A DNA stretch of 64,000 nucleotides from Patescibacteria group bacterium (GTDB taxonomy: Bacteria > Patescibacteriota > Minisyncoccia > Phycocordibacterales > UBA9973). The translations under genes and the position numbers were made by a program. Of the stretch, positions 48,654 to 57,856 are shown piece by piece. The stretch spans positions 114,238-178,237 of the forward strand of contig JBBTUV010000004.1 in assembly GCA_038063535.1 (NCBI GenBank). Direction: 5' to 3'. Numbering within the stretch: the stretch's first letter is position 1; each line of letters opens with the position of its first letter. The notes under the pieces are model-generated. The model did no database searches. It saw nothing but the letters and a program-made list of their open reading frames with translations, and was not told the DNA's origin.

Positions 48654-49967
48654 TTAATTCCTGCCCAATATCGAATCAAGCGTATTCTTGCGAACGATGA
48701 GGCGCGCGGGGATGAAACCGGCAATGATGGTGGTGAGCATGAGGAGCCCCACTCTAAGGAGCGTGCCGGAAATCGGAGCGACCAAGATGCCGTCCGAGAA
48801 CGGGAAGTCGATAGGGTGCGCGCTCACCGCCGGCTCCAGAAATGCATACAAAACGATCACCCCGATCAAGGAACCGACAAATGCGTAAAAGAACGATTGC
48901 ATGATGTACGATATTTCTATCGCCTGCTCGCTGATGCCGATGCCTTTCAAAATACCTATGAATTTCCGCCTGGTTATGGCGTTAATGAAAATGACGATAA
49001 ATATAGTGATGGAAGCAACCACCAAGCCGATCGAGGAAAGTACGTTGCCGAGGAGCGCAAACGTATCGGCAATGTCTTTAATGAACTTCGGCTGAGCATC
49101 CGCGTATGTTTGCACTTTCGCCACTCGCCCTGCCCCGTTTTTTATCAAAATGTCGCGCACCAGTGCGGGGTCCGTGCCGGATTTGAGTTTCACCGATATC
49201 TCGTCTACGTTATAGTCGCCCCGGCCGATCATGCTCCGAAGCTGAGAATCCACCATGAAGGCTCTCAAGCTCACTTCATCGACTTTTGCTTTGATTATGC
49301 CTTTCACGGTAACTTCGCGTTCCACCCCGCCCACCTTGAGCCGAATCTTTACTCCGGGGGCGATATTTTCAAGCGAGGAGAAGCCCGGGGAGTCAAATTG
49401 CAAATATTTTTTGTCGAGATATGCCCCTACAAGAACCTGGTCGTAGTCTGTAGTTGAAAGATACTCGCCCTCGACCACGAACCTGGAGATGCCGGTCACC
49501 GCATCTTCCTCGGCCGGATTGATGCCGACGATCGAGGCTGGGGCAATGTTCGGCTTCTCTTTTTCGTTCGAACGGGTCTTATAATTCGCTTCGAGCGTCC
49601 CCCCTTCGAGATATCTGGCGGTAACAGCCTCTACTTCAGGAAGCGATTTTACAATGCGGATTATTTCCGGAGAATTCTCGATATAAGTCTTATCGGAAAG
49701 GGTGGAGACGATCACGTCGCTCGTGTAATGGGTACGTACCGCGTCTATGGCCCCCTGAATAAGGCCGACCAATATGCCCGTGACCACCACCAGGTTCAGG
49801 AAAGTGAAGAACATCACGAAAATTATGAGGACAGTGGTCCAGAGACTGGATCTGCGAATCTGCCGTTTCGCGAGAAAAAATCCGATGCGTATATTGAGCT
49901 GCGAAAACATTTTATTCCCGAGAAGGATTAAGGATAACCTCGTCCCCGTCAGATAGCCCAGAAACAA
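48654..49967 (-). CDS. ABC transporter permease, FtsX/MacB-like
   Basis: N-terminal TM, large periplasmic domain, C-terminal 3 TM FtsX-like. Confidence 0.8.
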   Translation of the reverse strand: MFLGYLTGTRLSLILLGNKMFSQLNIRIGFFLAKRQIRRSSLWTTVLIIFVMFFTFLNLVVVTGILVGLIQGAIDAVRTHYTSDVIVSTLSDKTYIENSPEIIRIVKSLPEVEAVTARYLEGGTLEANYKTRSNEKEKPNIAPASIVGINPAEEDAVTGISRFVVEGEYLSTTDYDQVLVGAYLDKKYLQFDSPGFSSLENIAPGVKIRLKVGGVEREVTVKGIIKAKVDEVSLRAFMVDSQLRSMIGRGDYNVDEISVKLKSGTDPALVRDILIKNGAGRVAKVQTYADAQPKFIKDIADTFALLGNVLSSIGLVVASITIFIVIFINAITRRKFIGILKGIGISEQAIEISYIMQSFFYAFVGSLIGVIVLYAFLEPAVSAHPIDFPFSDGILVAPISGTLLRVGLLMLTTIIAGFIPARLIVRKNTLDSILGRN

Positions 49968-51366
49968 TCTCCACCTGGCCGAGGGTCGAGGTGGAACCTG
50001 TCACCACTTCCTGATCGACAACGTCTTTCTTTTTTCTTAGTTGGACGAACTTCTTCCCGTCCCTCTCAAATATCACTCCTCCGGGGACGACGATCACACC
50101 CGGCTTTTCGAAGACCAATATCGATATATTTGCCGTCATTCCAGACCTAATGCGCTCGTCTTCTTGGTCGAATAACAGCTTTATTTTATATGTTGAAATG
50201 CCGTCCCGAATCGTTTCCGCGGAATCTATGGAAACGATCTTGGCGCCAAAGACCGCGTCCTCGCCGTAAGCGTCAAGAGTCACGCTCGCCTCGTTGCCCA
50301 CCTCTATGAGCGCGATGTTCACCTCGGGGACATAACTTTCGATCTCGAAAGTCCCCTTGCTCATCGCGGTGATGACTGTTTCGCTCGCCGAAACAGTCTC
50401 GCCAACTTCTTTGCTGACATTAGTGACAATTCCGGAGAACGGAGCATAGATTGTGCTTGCTCTAATTTCTGCATTTATCTTGTCTATTTCCGCAAGCGCG
50501 ATCGAGACTTCCGCGCTGGAATCTCCGGCAAGCAGTTTCTCGTATTTACTGTCTGCTCCACTTACTGCAAGATTCCGAGCGACAAGCGCCTGATTGTAGG
50601 CGTTCAAGTTTTCTGGATAGGACGCTCCTCCCTTGTTCGGAATATCCAGGTACCAGATGGTATCATTGTATAAATCCAGATCGTCAGGGAACAAAATGAG
50701 TAGGCCCTTTGTGCCGAGTGGTGTCTTTCCTTCCTCATTTACCACTGTCTTAGTTTCTTCCAAACCAAATGTCCAGATGAAAGAAAAGTCTCCGCTTCCG
50801 ACCCTTTCTCTTCTTATGATCGCCTTATAAGTCCCGGAATGCCCGTCGTAAGAACCGCTCACTACCGGCACTTCGGCGGTATAGCCAGAAGAATCGGGGG
50901 TGAATTCCAGGTCGCTTGAAACCAGTTTCAGGTAAGCGCTTTCTATTTTCGTATCTTCGTTCTTTATCACCTTCTCGAGCTCATCCTTGGCCGCCGTGAG
51001 GTCCACATCGCTTTGTTTGAGATTCGCTTGTTTGATCTGGAGGTCCGCCGAAAGGTTGCCGATATCGAGCTGGGCGAGGATCTCGCCCGACCGAACGTTT
51101 TGATTGTTCTTAATGAAGATTTTACCTATCCTGCCGGAATTGGCGAAACCCAGATCAGCACTGCTTGCAGCTTTTACTTTCCCGGAAATTGAAACTTGGT
51201 TGACGAAATCGCCCAGGCTTACGGTGATCACGCCGCCTGCTGTCTTTTTCCCGCCGAAAAGAACGATGCCGAGCACGATCAGGATTATAGCTCCCAGAAC
51301 GGAAAAAAGAAGTTTCTTTTTCTTGATCAAAGCCAAAATCTTTAGCATTAACGCCCATATTAACAC
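49912..51366 (-). CDS. HlyD/MacA-family periplasmic adaptor protein
   Basis: N-terminal TM, biotin-lipoyl-like segments flanking a coiled-coil, beta-barrel C-terminus. Confidence 0.75.
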   Translation of the reverse strand: MLIWALMLKILALIKKKKLLFSVLGAIILIVLGIVLFGGKKTAGGVITVSLGDFVNQVSISGKVKAASSADLGFANSGRIGKIFIKNNQNVRSGEILAQLDIGNLSADLQIKQANLKQSDVDLTAAKDELEKVIKNEDTKIESAYLKLVSSDLEFTPDSSGYTAEVPVVSGSYDGHSGTYKAIIRRERVGSGDFSFIWTFGLEETKTVVNEEGKTPLGTKGLLILFPDDLDLYNDTIWYLDIPNKGGASYPENLNAYNQALVARNLAVSGADSKYEKLLAGDSSAEVSIALAEIDKINAEIRASTIYAPFSGIVTNVSKEVGETVSASETVITAMSKGTFEIESYVPEVNIALIEVGNEASVTLDAYGEDAVFGAKIVSIDSAETIRDGISTYKIKLLFDQEDERIRSGMTANISILVFEKPGVIVVPGGVIFERDGKKFVQLRKKKDVVDQEVVTGSTSTLGQVEIVSGLSDGDEVILNPSRE

Positions 51367-51370
51367 GAAT

Positions 51371-52351
51371 TTAAAATTTTCGCAGAAAATTCAGAAGTTC
51401 GTCTTTCGTTTTTTTTAGGAGGACGTCGTCAAAAAGGGAAAGGTGGAAAACTTTCTTGCCTCGCTTAAGTTTTTTGAACCTGGCCGTCTCGGTTTTTATC
51501 GTTTTTGCATCGGCAACGTCAGATTTCGTGAGGATGATGATCTCTTCTTTTTCATTGAGACCTTGGCCGTACCTCCTAAGTTCCTCGCGAACCTCCTCGT
51601 ATTTTTTCATCATCGCCTCGCCGTATTCAAATGAGACCAGATGCGCGAGAGCGCGAGTGCGCTTGATGTGCCGAAGGAACTTCGTACCGAGCCCGCGACC
51701 GGCGCTTGCGCCTTCGATGAGCCCCGGGATGTCCGCAATGATATATCCGAAAAAATTTCCAAGGTTCGGATCTAAAGTGGTGAACGGATAGTCCCCAACT
51801 TTCGCATGAGCTTCGGTGAGAGCATTCAAAAGCGATGATTTACCCGCGTTCGGAAGCCCGACCAAGCCGAGATCCGCAAAGAGTTCAAGCTCGACGTGGA
51901 ATTTGCTCTTCTCTCCGGGCGCTCCCGGGCGCCATTCTCTCGGAGTAGTGTTGGTCGAGCTTTTGAAGTGCTCGTTCCCGAAGCCCCCATAGCCTCCACG
52001 AAGAAGCAGAATTTTTTGCCCGTCTTCAAGGAGTTCCCAGCGTTCTTCAGTGTCGAGATTCGTTACCACCGAGCCAATCGGAAGCTCAAGCACCAGATCT
52101 TTGCCCGCGCGGCCGTGGAGACTCTTCGCCCCACCGTCTTCGCCTCTGCCGGCAGCGAAATGCTTTACGGGTTTGTGCCGGAGAAGTATCCCGATATCGC
52201 GCACGGCGCATACGTAAAAATTTCCGCCTCTGCCGCCGTCGCCGCCAGCAGGGCCGCCTTTAGGGACAAATTTCTCTTGCCGCCAGCGCACCACACCGTC
52301 GCCGCCCTGGCCGGCCTCCGCTACAAAAGTTATTTCATCAACGAATGCCAT
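51371..52351 (-). CDS. obg: GTPase Obg
   Basis: Glycine-rich Obg fold AGQGGDGVVRWRQEKFVPKGGPAGGDGGRGGN; G1 GLPNAGKSS. Confidence 0.9.
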   Translation of the reverse strand: MAFVDEITFVAEAGQGGDGVVRWRQEKFVPKGGPAGGDGGRGGNFYVCAVRDIGILLRHKPVKHFAAGRGEDGGAKSLHGRAGKDLVLELPIGSVVTNLDTEERWELLEDGQKILLLRGGYGGFGNEHFKSSTNTTPREWRPGAPGEKSKFHVELELFADLGLVGLPNAGKSSLLNALTEAHAKVGDYPFTTLDPNLGNFFGYIIADIPGLIEGASAGRGLGTKFLRHIKRTRALAHLVSFEYGEAMMKKYEEVREELRRYGQGLNEKEEIIILTKSDVADAKTIKTETARFKKLKRGKKVFHLSLFDDVLLKKTKDELLNFLRKF

Positions 52352-53255
52352 TTTCTAGAGCGAGCTCGGCAAGCTTAATTGCACCACCTTGGGACTTCGC
52401 CACGCAAAAATATCTGCCTCGGTGGCAGAAAACCGCGTCCATGACTCCGGAGGTCCGCGCGAGTGCTTCATCGCGAAGCCCCGCCCAGGATTCGGGGAGA
52501 CTTTTTTTATTTTGGAATGTTCGCAACCCAACTCTGGCGCATTTTACTCCCCAGAGTCCATCAGACTTTCGCGGATAGATAAAAAATAGAGTTTCAGGGA
52601 AATCGCCGGCCTCAATTTCATCAGTATAGTGTTTGTCGAGAATCAGGATTCTCTTGTCCTTCGAATTTTTGTAAATTACGGACATACGGTCTTTTGCTTC
52701 GAGTAATGATTTGGTTTGAATAATTTCCCGCCCGAGGATTTCTTTTGCAAGTTCTACTGCCCTGAGAAATATCTCGTCAATATTAGTACTTTCGTTCCAG
52801 GCGGGGCGAAGCGCGAAAAAGATATGCTGAAGGTAGTACGGGGAAACTTTGTGCTTGTTTTCAACTAAATCAATGCCGTTATCAAAAGCATCGATCGGGG
52901 AAACCAGGTTGTTTTCGATGAGCTTTGCGGCAGCACTTGCGCCGGCCAACTCCTCCCCGAACTTTTCCCAAACCAAGCCGAAGGAAGAATAATCTATGCC
53001 CGGCTCACCTGACATGCTGACATGTTTTCCTGCGCCACCATGCTGATGGTGGTCGAACCGGTTCTTATCCTTGTTATATACCCCGCCGACGTCAACAACA
53101 TAGTCCGCGCTTGCGATTATTTCCTCATCCCGGGTTCTCTTAACTTCCCACTCCTCGCCCCTCATCTCTAAATACAATTCAAGCGCCGCGCAGGCGAAGA
53201 CATCGTCAGTATGAAAAGAGCCGTTATGCGTAACGAGAATTTTTTTCTGCTTCAT
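52338..53255 (-). CDS. MYG1/UPF0160 family metal-dependent hydrolase
   Basis: VTHNGSFHTDDVFACAAL...DHHQ motif characteristic of the MYG1 family. Confidence 0.7.
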   Translation of the reverse strand: MKQKKILVTHNGSFHTDDVFACAALELYLEMRGEEWEVKRTRDEEIIASADYVVDVGGVYNKDKNRFDHHQHGGAGKHVSMSGEPGIDYSSFGLVWEKFGEELAGASAAAKLIENNLVSPIDAFDNGIDLVENKHKVSPYYLQHIFFALRPAWNESTNIDEIFLRAVELAKEILGREIIQTKSLLEAKDRMSVIYKNSKDKRILILDKHYTDEIEAGDFPETLFFIYPRKSDGLWGVKCARVGLRTFQNKKSLPESWAGLRDEALARTSGVMDAVFCHRGRYFCVAKSQGGAIKLAELALENGIR

Positions 53256-53257
53256 AA

Positions 53258-53704
53258 CTAAAAAAGCGAATCGACCGCTTCCCGTACCATCCCGCCATCG
53301 GCCTTGCCCTTGAGCTCTTTCATGAGAGTGGACATGAGCAGGCCCTTTTTTGTGGCGTCGGCTGCGAGCTCTTCTTTTTTCGCCTTGGCCAGTTGTTCTA
53401 TCTCTTCCCGCGGCATCATTTGCGGCAGATATGTTTCAAGGATCACAAGCTCGGCTGCCTCCTTGGCCACCAGGTCCTCACGGTTCCCCTTTTTGAACTG
53501 CTCGATTGAGTCGCGTCTTTGTTTGGCGAGGCGGCGAATTACCGAAAGCGCATCTTCGTCGGAAAGAATTTCATCGGGTTTTCTGCTTTTGGCGACTAGT
53601 TCGTTCGTAAATGCCGCCACCATCCCTCGGAGAGTTTCGAGCCGCACCGTGTCTCGTGCAAGCATCGCTTCTTTTATTTTGTTCTGTATTTGCTTGTGCA
53701 GCAT
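53258..53704 (-). CDS. GatB/YqeY domain protein
   Basis: 148 aa, YqeY-like helical repeat (LKEAMLARDTVRLETLRG...). Confidence 0.8.
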   Translation of the reverse strand: MLHKQIQNKIKEAMLARDTVRLETLRGMVAAFTNELVAKSRKPDEILSDEDALSVIRRLAKQRRDSIEQFKKGNREDLVAKEAAELVILETYLPQMMPREEIEQLAKAKKEELAADATKKGLLMSTLMKELKGKADGGMVREAVDSLF

Positions 53705-53743
53705 CGCTTATTTATTCTAACAAAATATGATAAAATTCGCTAT

Positions 53744-54469
53744 ATGCAGAAGCTCATTTTCTTCGACACCGAAACGACCGGAAATACCGAGAGTGATTTT
53801 CTTTGTCAGCTAGGGTATAAAATCGGATCCGAAACTTTCTCTCACCTTTATAAACCCCCGAAACCAATACCTCCGGAAGCCTCGGCGGTACATCACATAA
53901 CCAATAAAATGGTCGAGGAAAGACCCTACCTCAAAGATAGCGGCGACCTCCCAAAATTGAAAGAAATTTTCGAGGCGGAGGATGCGATTGTCGTCGCCCA
54001 CAACGCGCCTTTTGACCTTATGATTGTGAAAAAAGAAAACATCAAACCAAAAAATTTCATCTGTACTCTGCGAGTCGCCCGGCATTTGGATAACGAGGGG
54101 AAAATCGGCCGGTATAATTTGCAGTACCTGCGCTATCTTCTCAACCTCGACGTCGAGGCAAACGCTCACGACGCGCTAGGAGACGTACTGGTGCTCGAGA
54201 AGCTTTTCGAACATCATAAAAAAGAATTGATGGAAGGTGAGAATCTTGGCGAGTCCGAAACGATAGTGAAAATGATGGAGATTTCTTCCCAGCCTTCTAT
54301 AATTCATATTTTCCCCTTCGGCAAGCACAACGGAAAGAGAGTCGATGAAGTGGTAAAGATAGACAAAGGTTACCTTGAGTGGCTCCTCGGCGAAAAACTC
54401 AAAGACTCCGCGCCGGACGAGGATTGGATTTATACGCTAAAGCATTATTTGCAAAAAAATAAGGACTAA
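53744..54469 (+). CDS. DEDDh 3'-5' exonuclease (DnaQ/epsilon-like)
   Basis: Exo I LIFFDTETTGN, Exo II VVAHNAPFDL, Exo III H..A..D; start placed at MQKLIFFD. Confidence 0.7.
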   Translation: MQKLIFFDTETTGNTESDFLCQLGYKIGSETFSHLYKPPKPIPPEASAVHHITNKMVEERPYLKDSGDLPKLKEIFEAEDAIVVAHNAPFDLMIVKKENIKPKNFICTLRVARHLDNEGKIGRYNLQYLRYLLNLDVEANAHDALGDVLVLEKLFEHHKKELMEGENLGESETIVKMMEISSQPSIIHIFPFGKHNGKRVDEVVKIDKGYLEWLLGEKLKDSAPDEDWIYTLKHYLQKNKD

Positions 54470-55513
54470 ATGGAAAATTTTTTGATTATCATCATTGCGG
54501 TTTTGGCGGGAGGGGTCGCGGCGTATTTCTTCTTCGGGCAGAGAAAGGAAGAGAAGAAAGACGTCGGGCTTGACCTGATACTCCAGCAACTGAACGAGCT
54601 CTCGCGCACGGTGGACACGAAGCTCGGCGAATCGCACAAGCAGGTGAACGAGAGCTTGCGCTTTCATTCTAGTGAATCGAATAAAATCATCCGCGATGTG
54701 ACCGAGCGCCTGACTCGACTGGATGAAACGAACAAACAGGTAATTTCCTTCGCCGACCAGCTGCAGAGCCTCGAGAATATTTTAAGAAATCCGAAGCAGC
54801 GTGGCGTACTCGGGGAATACTATCTCGAGACTGTGCTCAAGAACGTCCTGCCGCCCGGCTCTTACCAAATGCAATATGAGTTCCCCGACAAAACCATCGT
54901 CGATGCCGTAGTCTTCGTGAAAGATAAGATCATCCCGATAGACTCGAAATTCTCACTCGAGAATTACAACCGCATCGCCGAAGAGCGCGACCCGGCGGAG
55001 AAAAAAAGATTGGAAGCCATATTCTTGAATGACCTCAAAAACCGCATAACCGAAACGGCGAAATATGTGCAGCCGACCCAAGGCACGACTGATTTTGCCT
55101 TCATGTTCATCCCCCACGAGGCGATTTATTACGATCTCTTGGTCAACAAAATCGGCGCGATCACGGATGACACCGAGAACCTGATCCAGCGCGCGGCCGG
55201 CAAATATAAAGTCATCATCACTTCCCCAACCTCGTTCCTCGCATACCTCCAGACCGTGCTCCAGGGCTTGAAGGCGCTCCAGATCGAGGAATCCGCTAAA
55301 GAAATAATCAAGAAAGTAGAGGACTTGGGTAGACACCTTAAATCATATGATGAATTTCACGCCAAGCTCGGGAATGCACTTTCCACAGTCGTGAATCACT
55401 ACAATACTTCCGGCAAAGAGCTCAGGAAGATCGACAAGGACGTCCTGCGCATCGCCGGCACTTCTCCGGAACTCACGCTGATTGAAGTGGAGAAGCCGAA
55501 GGTGGGGGAATAG
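54470..55513 (+). CDS. rmuC: DNA recombination protein RmuC
   Basis: N-terminal TM plus long coiled coil; C-terminal RmuC nuclease-like region (FAFMFIPHEAIYYDLL). Confidence 0.85.
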   Translation: MENFLIIIIAVLAGGVAAYFFFGQRKEEKKDVGLDLILQQLNELSRTVDTKLGESHKQVNESLRFHSSESNKIIRDVTERLTRLDETNKQVISFADQLQSLENILRNPKQRGVLGEYYLETVLKNVLPPGSYQMQYEFPDKTIVDAVVFVKDKIIPIDSKFSLENYNRIAEERDPAEKKRLEAIFLNDLKNRITETAKYVQPTQGTTDFAFMFIPHEAIYYDLLVNKIGAITDDTENLIQRAAGKYKVIITSPTSFLAYLQTVLQGLKALQIEESAKEIIKKVEDLGRHLKSYDEFHAKLGNALSTVVNHYNTSGKELRKIDKDVLRIAGTSPELTLIEVEKPKVGE

Positions 55514-55601
55514 ATTTGACGGAAAAAAGAGAAAGGGGTAGTATAGAAATACCCTGGGGGAACTCTCAATACCCGAAGTATTTTTTTGTTTTTGGCTCCT
55601 C

Positions 55602-55629
55602 TTGTTTTTTTATTATTTAGTGATATAAT
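55602..55629 (+). promoter_or_regulatory. Strong sigma70-like promoter (TTGTTT-16-TATAAT) directing transcription into the GC-rich locus
   Basis: Near-consensus boxes with 16-nt spacer; predicted start near 55636. Confidence 0.5.
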
Positions 55630-55635
55630 ATATTT

Positions 55636-56000
55636 AGATACTAGTTCCCAATCCCCCGCACCCGCATGGAGGTTAGATGAACCATCATCCGCGTTTTCCG
55701 AAGGTGGAAGGTATCCCCAAAGTCCACCTGCTAGAGGTGTGTAAGCTGGGGCAACCGGGGGAGGCGTGTCCTATGATAGTACACGTCTACTTTGACGACA
55801 CGAAGCGGTGTGGGCGCAACGACCCCCTGCCACCCCCGCCGTCAGTGACCGCTCAAGGGAAGCAGCCCTTGTGGTGTTCCGGCCACCCGAATTACAAGTG
55901 CTCAACTCCCGCGCCGCAACCCGCGGCATGAAAGGAATTCCCACCTGCAACCCCGTCCCGGTAAATACCGGGGCGGGCACGGCAAAGAGCTTTTCTTTCG
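55636..56000 (+). ncRNA. Candidate structured RNA with SRP-RNA domain-IV-like motif (tentative, boundaries approximate)
   Basis: GC-rich relative to flanks; nested hairpins; GUCAGUGACC..GGGAAGCAGCC at 55841-55867 resembles the SRP RNA helix-8 consensus GUCAGGUCC-GGAA-GGAAGCAGCC; own promoter; next to a tRNA; ORFs open in several frames. Confidence 0.3.
55677..55931 (+). CDS. Alternative reading of the same locus: 84-aa Cys/Pro/His-rich small protein
   Basis: Perfect GGAGG 4 nt before ATG (rare here), promoter upstream; 5 Cys, PPPP stretch; mutually exclusive with or overlapping the ncRNA hypothesis. Confidence 0.25.
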   Translation: MNHHPRFPKVEGIPKVHLLEVCKLGQPGEACPMIVHVYFDDTKRCGRNDPLPPPPSVTAQGKQPLWCSGHPNYKCSTPAPQPAA

Positions 56001-56089
56001 AAAGACAACAACGTGGAAGCGCTTGTAGAAAATAGATGCACCTGGATGTTGAAACATACTTCGACGTCTGGGGCATTTTTAGTTTAGAG

Positions 56090-56118
56090 TTCAAATTTTT
56101 ATTTAAAAATGTTATATT
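56090..56118 (+). promoter_or_regulatory. sigma70-like promoter for tRNA-Glu (TTCAAA-17-TATATT)
   Basis: Boxes read directly; tRNA starts ~10 nt after the -10. Confidence 0.4.
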
Positions 56119-56127
56119 GCAGATGAT

Positions 56128-56199
56128 GGCCTCATCGTCTAACGGTCAGGACACAAGCTTCTCAAGCTTGGAATCGGAGTTCGATTCTCCGTGAGGTCA
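56128..56199 (+). tRNA. tRNA-Glu (anticodon CUC)
   Basis: Acceptor GGCCTCA/TGAGGTC, D arm GTCT/GGAC, anticodon stem CAAGC/GCTTG with loop TTCTCAA, T arm CGGAG-TTCGATT-CTCCG, discriminator A. Confidence 0.85.
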
Positions 56200-56579
56200 C
56201 CGCCCCTTAAACTAAAAGGGCCTCGCAACGTCTACGTCGCAAGGCCGCGGGTTCTCCGCCATTCCCGCAAGGCGCTCTTCTTTTTGCATTCTAGCGAGGG
56301 TGCCTGGTGACAAAAAAGAGCCACCAAAAAATCCTCACCCACGCCAGAGTGAGGAGAACCCCCACTACGACAAGGAGCCTCCACTCGGGATCAATCGCCG
56401 GCATCTCTACACCTTCCTTCCTTGAGAGAACGAGCGAGCTCGGCGGACCTCGCGAGCTCGAAGGCCACCATACCGACGCCGGCCACAAAGACCGGCAGAA
56501 AAATCAGCCACCGCATACGCTCTCCTGGTCAGGGTTCCAAGAAACTCTACATGCAAAAACCAAAAAAGTCAAGGAAAAA

Positions 56580-57854
56580 CTACGCCCGCTTAAGCCACTC
56601 GGGTTCCTGGCGGACGAGGTGAGTCAATTTGTCGACGGTGGGGTCGAGGATCGCCTCCACCACTCGCTCCATACGCATGCTCTGCGAACCCTTTACTAGA
56701 ACAATATCCCCTTTTTTTATGAAGGTTTTCAGAAACTCACCCGCCTCGCGGGAATTTGAGAAATGATGCTCCGCTCCGATTGCCTTCGAGCGGGGCCCCA
56801 CGGAGATGACCACATCCGCGCGTTCCCTGGCAACCTCGCCGACATTCTTGTGCGCCTCTTCGGTGTGCTTCCCGAGCTCAAGCATATCTGCGAGCACCGC
56901 GATCTTCCTTCCAGAAGTTTTGTCGATTTTTATTTCGCCGAGTGTCCCGAGCGCGGCATAAGAGGCAAGCGGAGAAGAATTGTAAGTGTCATCGATGATG
57001 AGGCTGCCGCCCGCGCCCGGAAGTGAGCGCATCCGCCCCGGGGCGAATTCGTAATTTTTGAGGCGCTCCACGGCCTCGAGCAGATTGAGTTTCAGGGCCG
57101 TTGCAAGCCCAAGCGCAGCCAGTGCCGCCGAGATGTGGTTCTTTCCGAAAACTCCGTCCACCTCGACCGGCAGGCTTTTTCCATTAGCATCCACTCGAAA
57201 CACGAGCCCATCCGGGATACCGACAGAGTCGTAATGAATGCTTTCTCCGGAAGCGACTATATCCGCCGGGCCCCAGCCGTAGGTGAAAACTCGCCCTTTG
57301 GTTTTCTCTTTCATCCCGAGCACGTCGGCATCGTCGGCGTTGAGCAGGAGAACCCCGTCGGGCTTGAGTGTCTTCACCAGTTCACTTTTTTCCTCTACCA
57401 GATGCTGCTTCGAAGGAAAAAATTCCACATGCACTGGCGTTTCCCCGATAGCGGTAACCACCACCGCATCCGCCCGAAGCCACCCGGCGGTACGTTTGAT
57501 ATCTCCAGGCTTCCCCGTGCCAACTTCAAGCACGAGCCAGGTCGGATACTTAGATGGAAAGAGAATCAACCGCAGCCCCTTGAGAAAATTGGAAAGCCAG
57601 ATCGAGATATCGTTCCAGCCGTTCGGCAACCCGAGTACGGTAAGCGGAAGCCCGATCTCCGAGTTGTAGCTTTTCTCACTCTTTCTTACGTAATATTCTC
57701 CCGAAAGAACTCGGTAGACCGCGTCCTTGGTCGAGGTTTTACCGACCGAGCCGGTAATCGCAACAATTTTGGGTTTGTACTTCCAAATCACCAGACGCGA
57801 TTCGAGCGCGAGTAGATAAAAAATTATCCTTCTAAAAAATTTGTTCAAATTCAT
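56580..57854 (-). CDS. murF: UDP-N-acetylmuramoyl-tripeptide--D-alanyl-D-alanine ligase
   Basis: Mur ligase P-loop ITGSVGKTSTKD, central and C-terminal Mur ligase domains. Confidence 0.85.
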   Translation of the reverse strand: MNLNKFFRRIIFYLLALESRLVIWKYKPKIVAITGSVGKTSTKDAVYRVLSGEYYVRKSEKSYNSEIGLPLTVLGLPNGWNDISIWLSNFLKGLRLILFPSKYPTWLVLEVGTGKPGDIKRTAGWLRADAVVVTAIGETPVHVEFFPSKQHLVEEKSELVKTLKPDGVLLLNADDADVLGMKEKTKGRVFTYGWGPADIVASGESIHYDSVGIPDGLVFRVDANGKSLPVEVDGVFGKNHISAALAALGLATALKLNLLEAVERLKNYEFAPGRMRSLPGAGGSLIIDDTYNSSPLASYAALGTLGEIKIDKTSGRKIAVLADMLELGKHTEEAHKNVGEVARERADVVISVGPRSKAIGAEHHFSNSREAGEFLKTFIKKGDIVLVKGSQSMRMERVVEAILDPTVDKLTHLVRQEPEWLKRA

Positions 57855-57856
57855 CC

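Noticed and set aside
48612-49457. 281-aa + strand ORF across the ABC permease/ATPase genes
   Set aside because: Antisense shadow ORF.
55636-56085. tmRNA or RNase P RNA identity for the GC-rich locus
   Set aside because: I looked for the tmRNA 5' GGGG..UUCGAC / 3' tRNA-like T-arm and for the RNase P CR-I (GGAAAGUCCGGGCUC) and CR-V (ACAGAA..GGCUUA) motifs on both strands. Only a partial AAAGUCC was present, which is insufficient. The SRP-like motif was the only convincing match.
56291-56488. 65-aa TTG-start hydrophobic ORF as a confident gene call
   Set aside because: It has a non-ATG start, no SD or promoter, and lies in a GC-rich region where ORFs arise by chance. It is kept only as a finding, not a feature.
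57135-57815. 226-aa + strand ORF inside murF
   Set aside because: Antisense shadow ORF.
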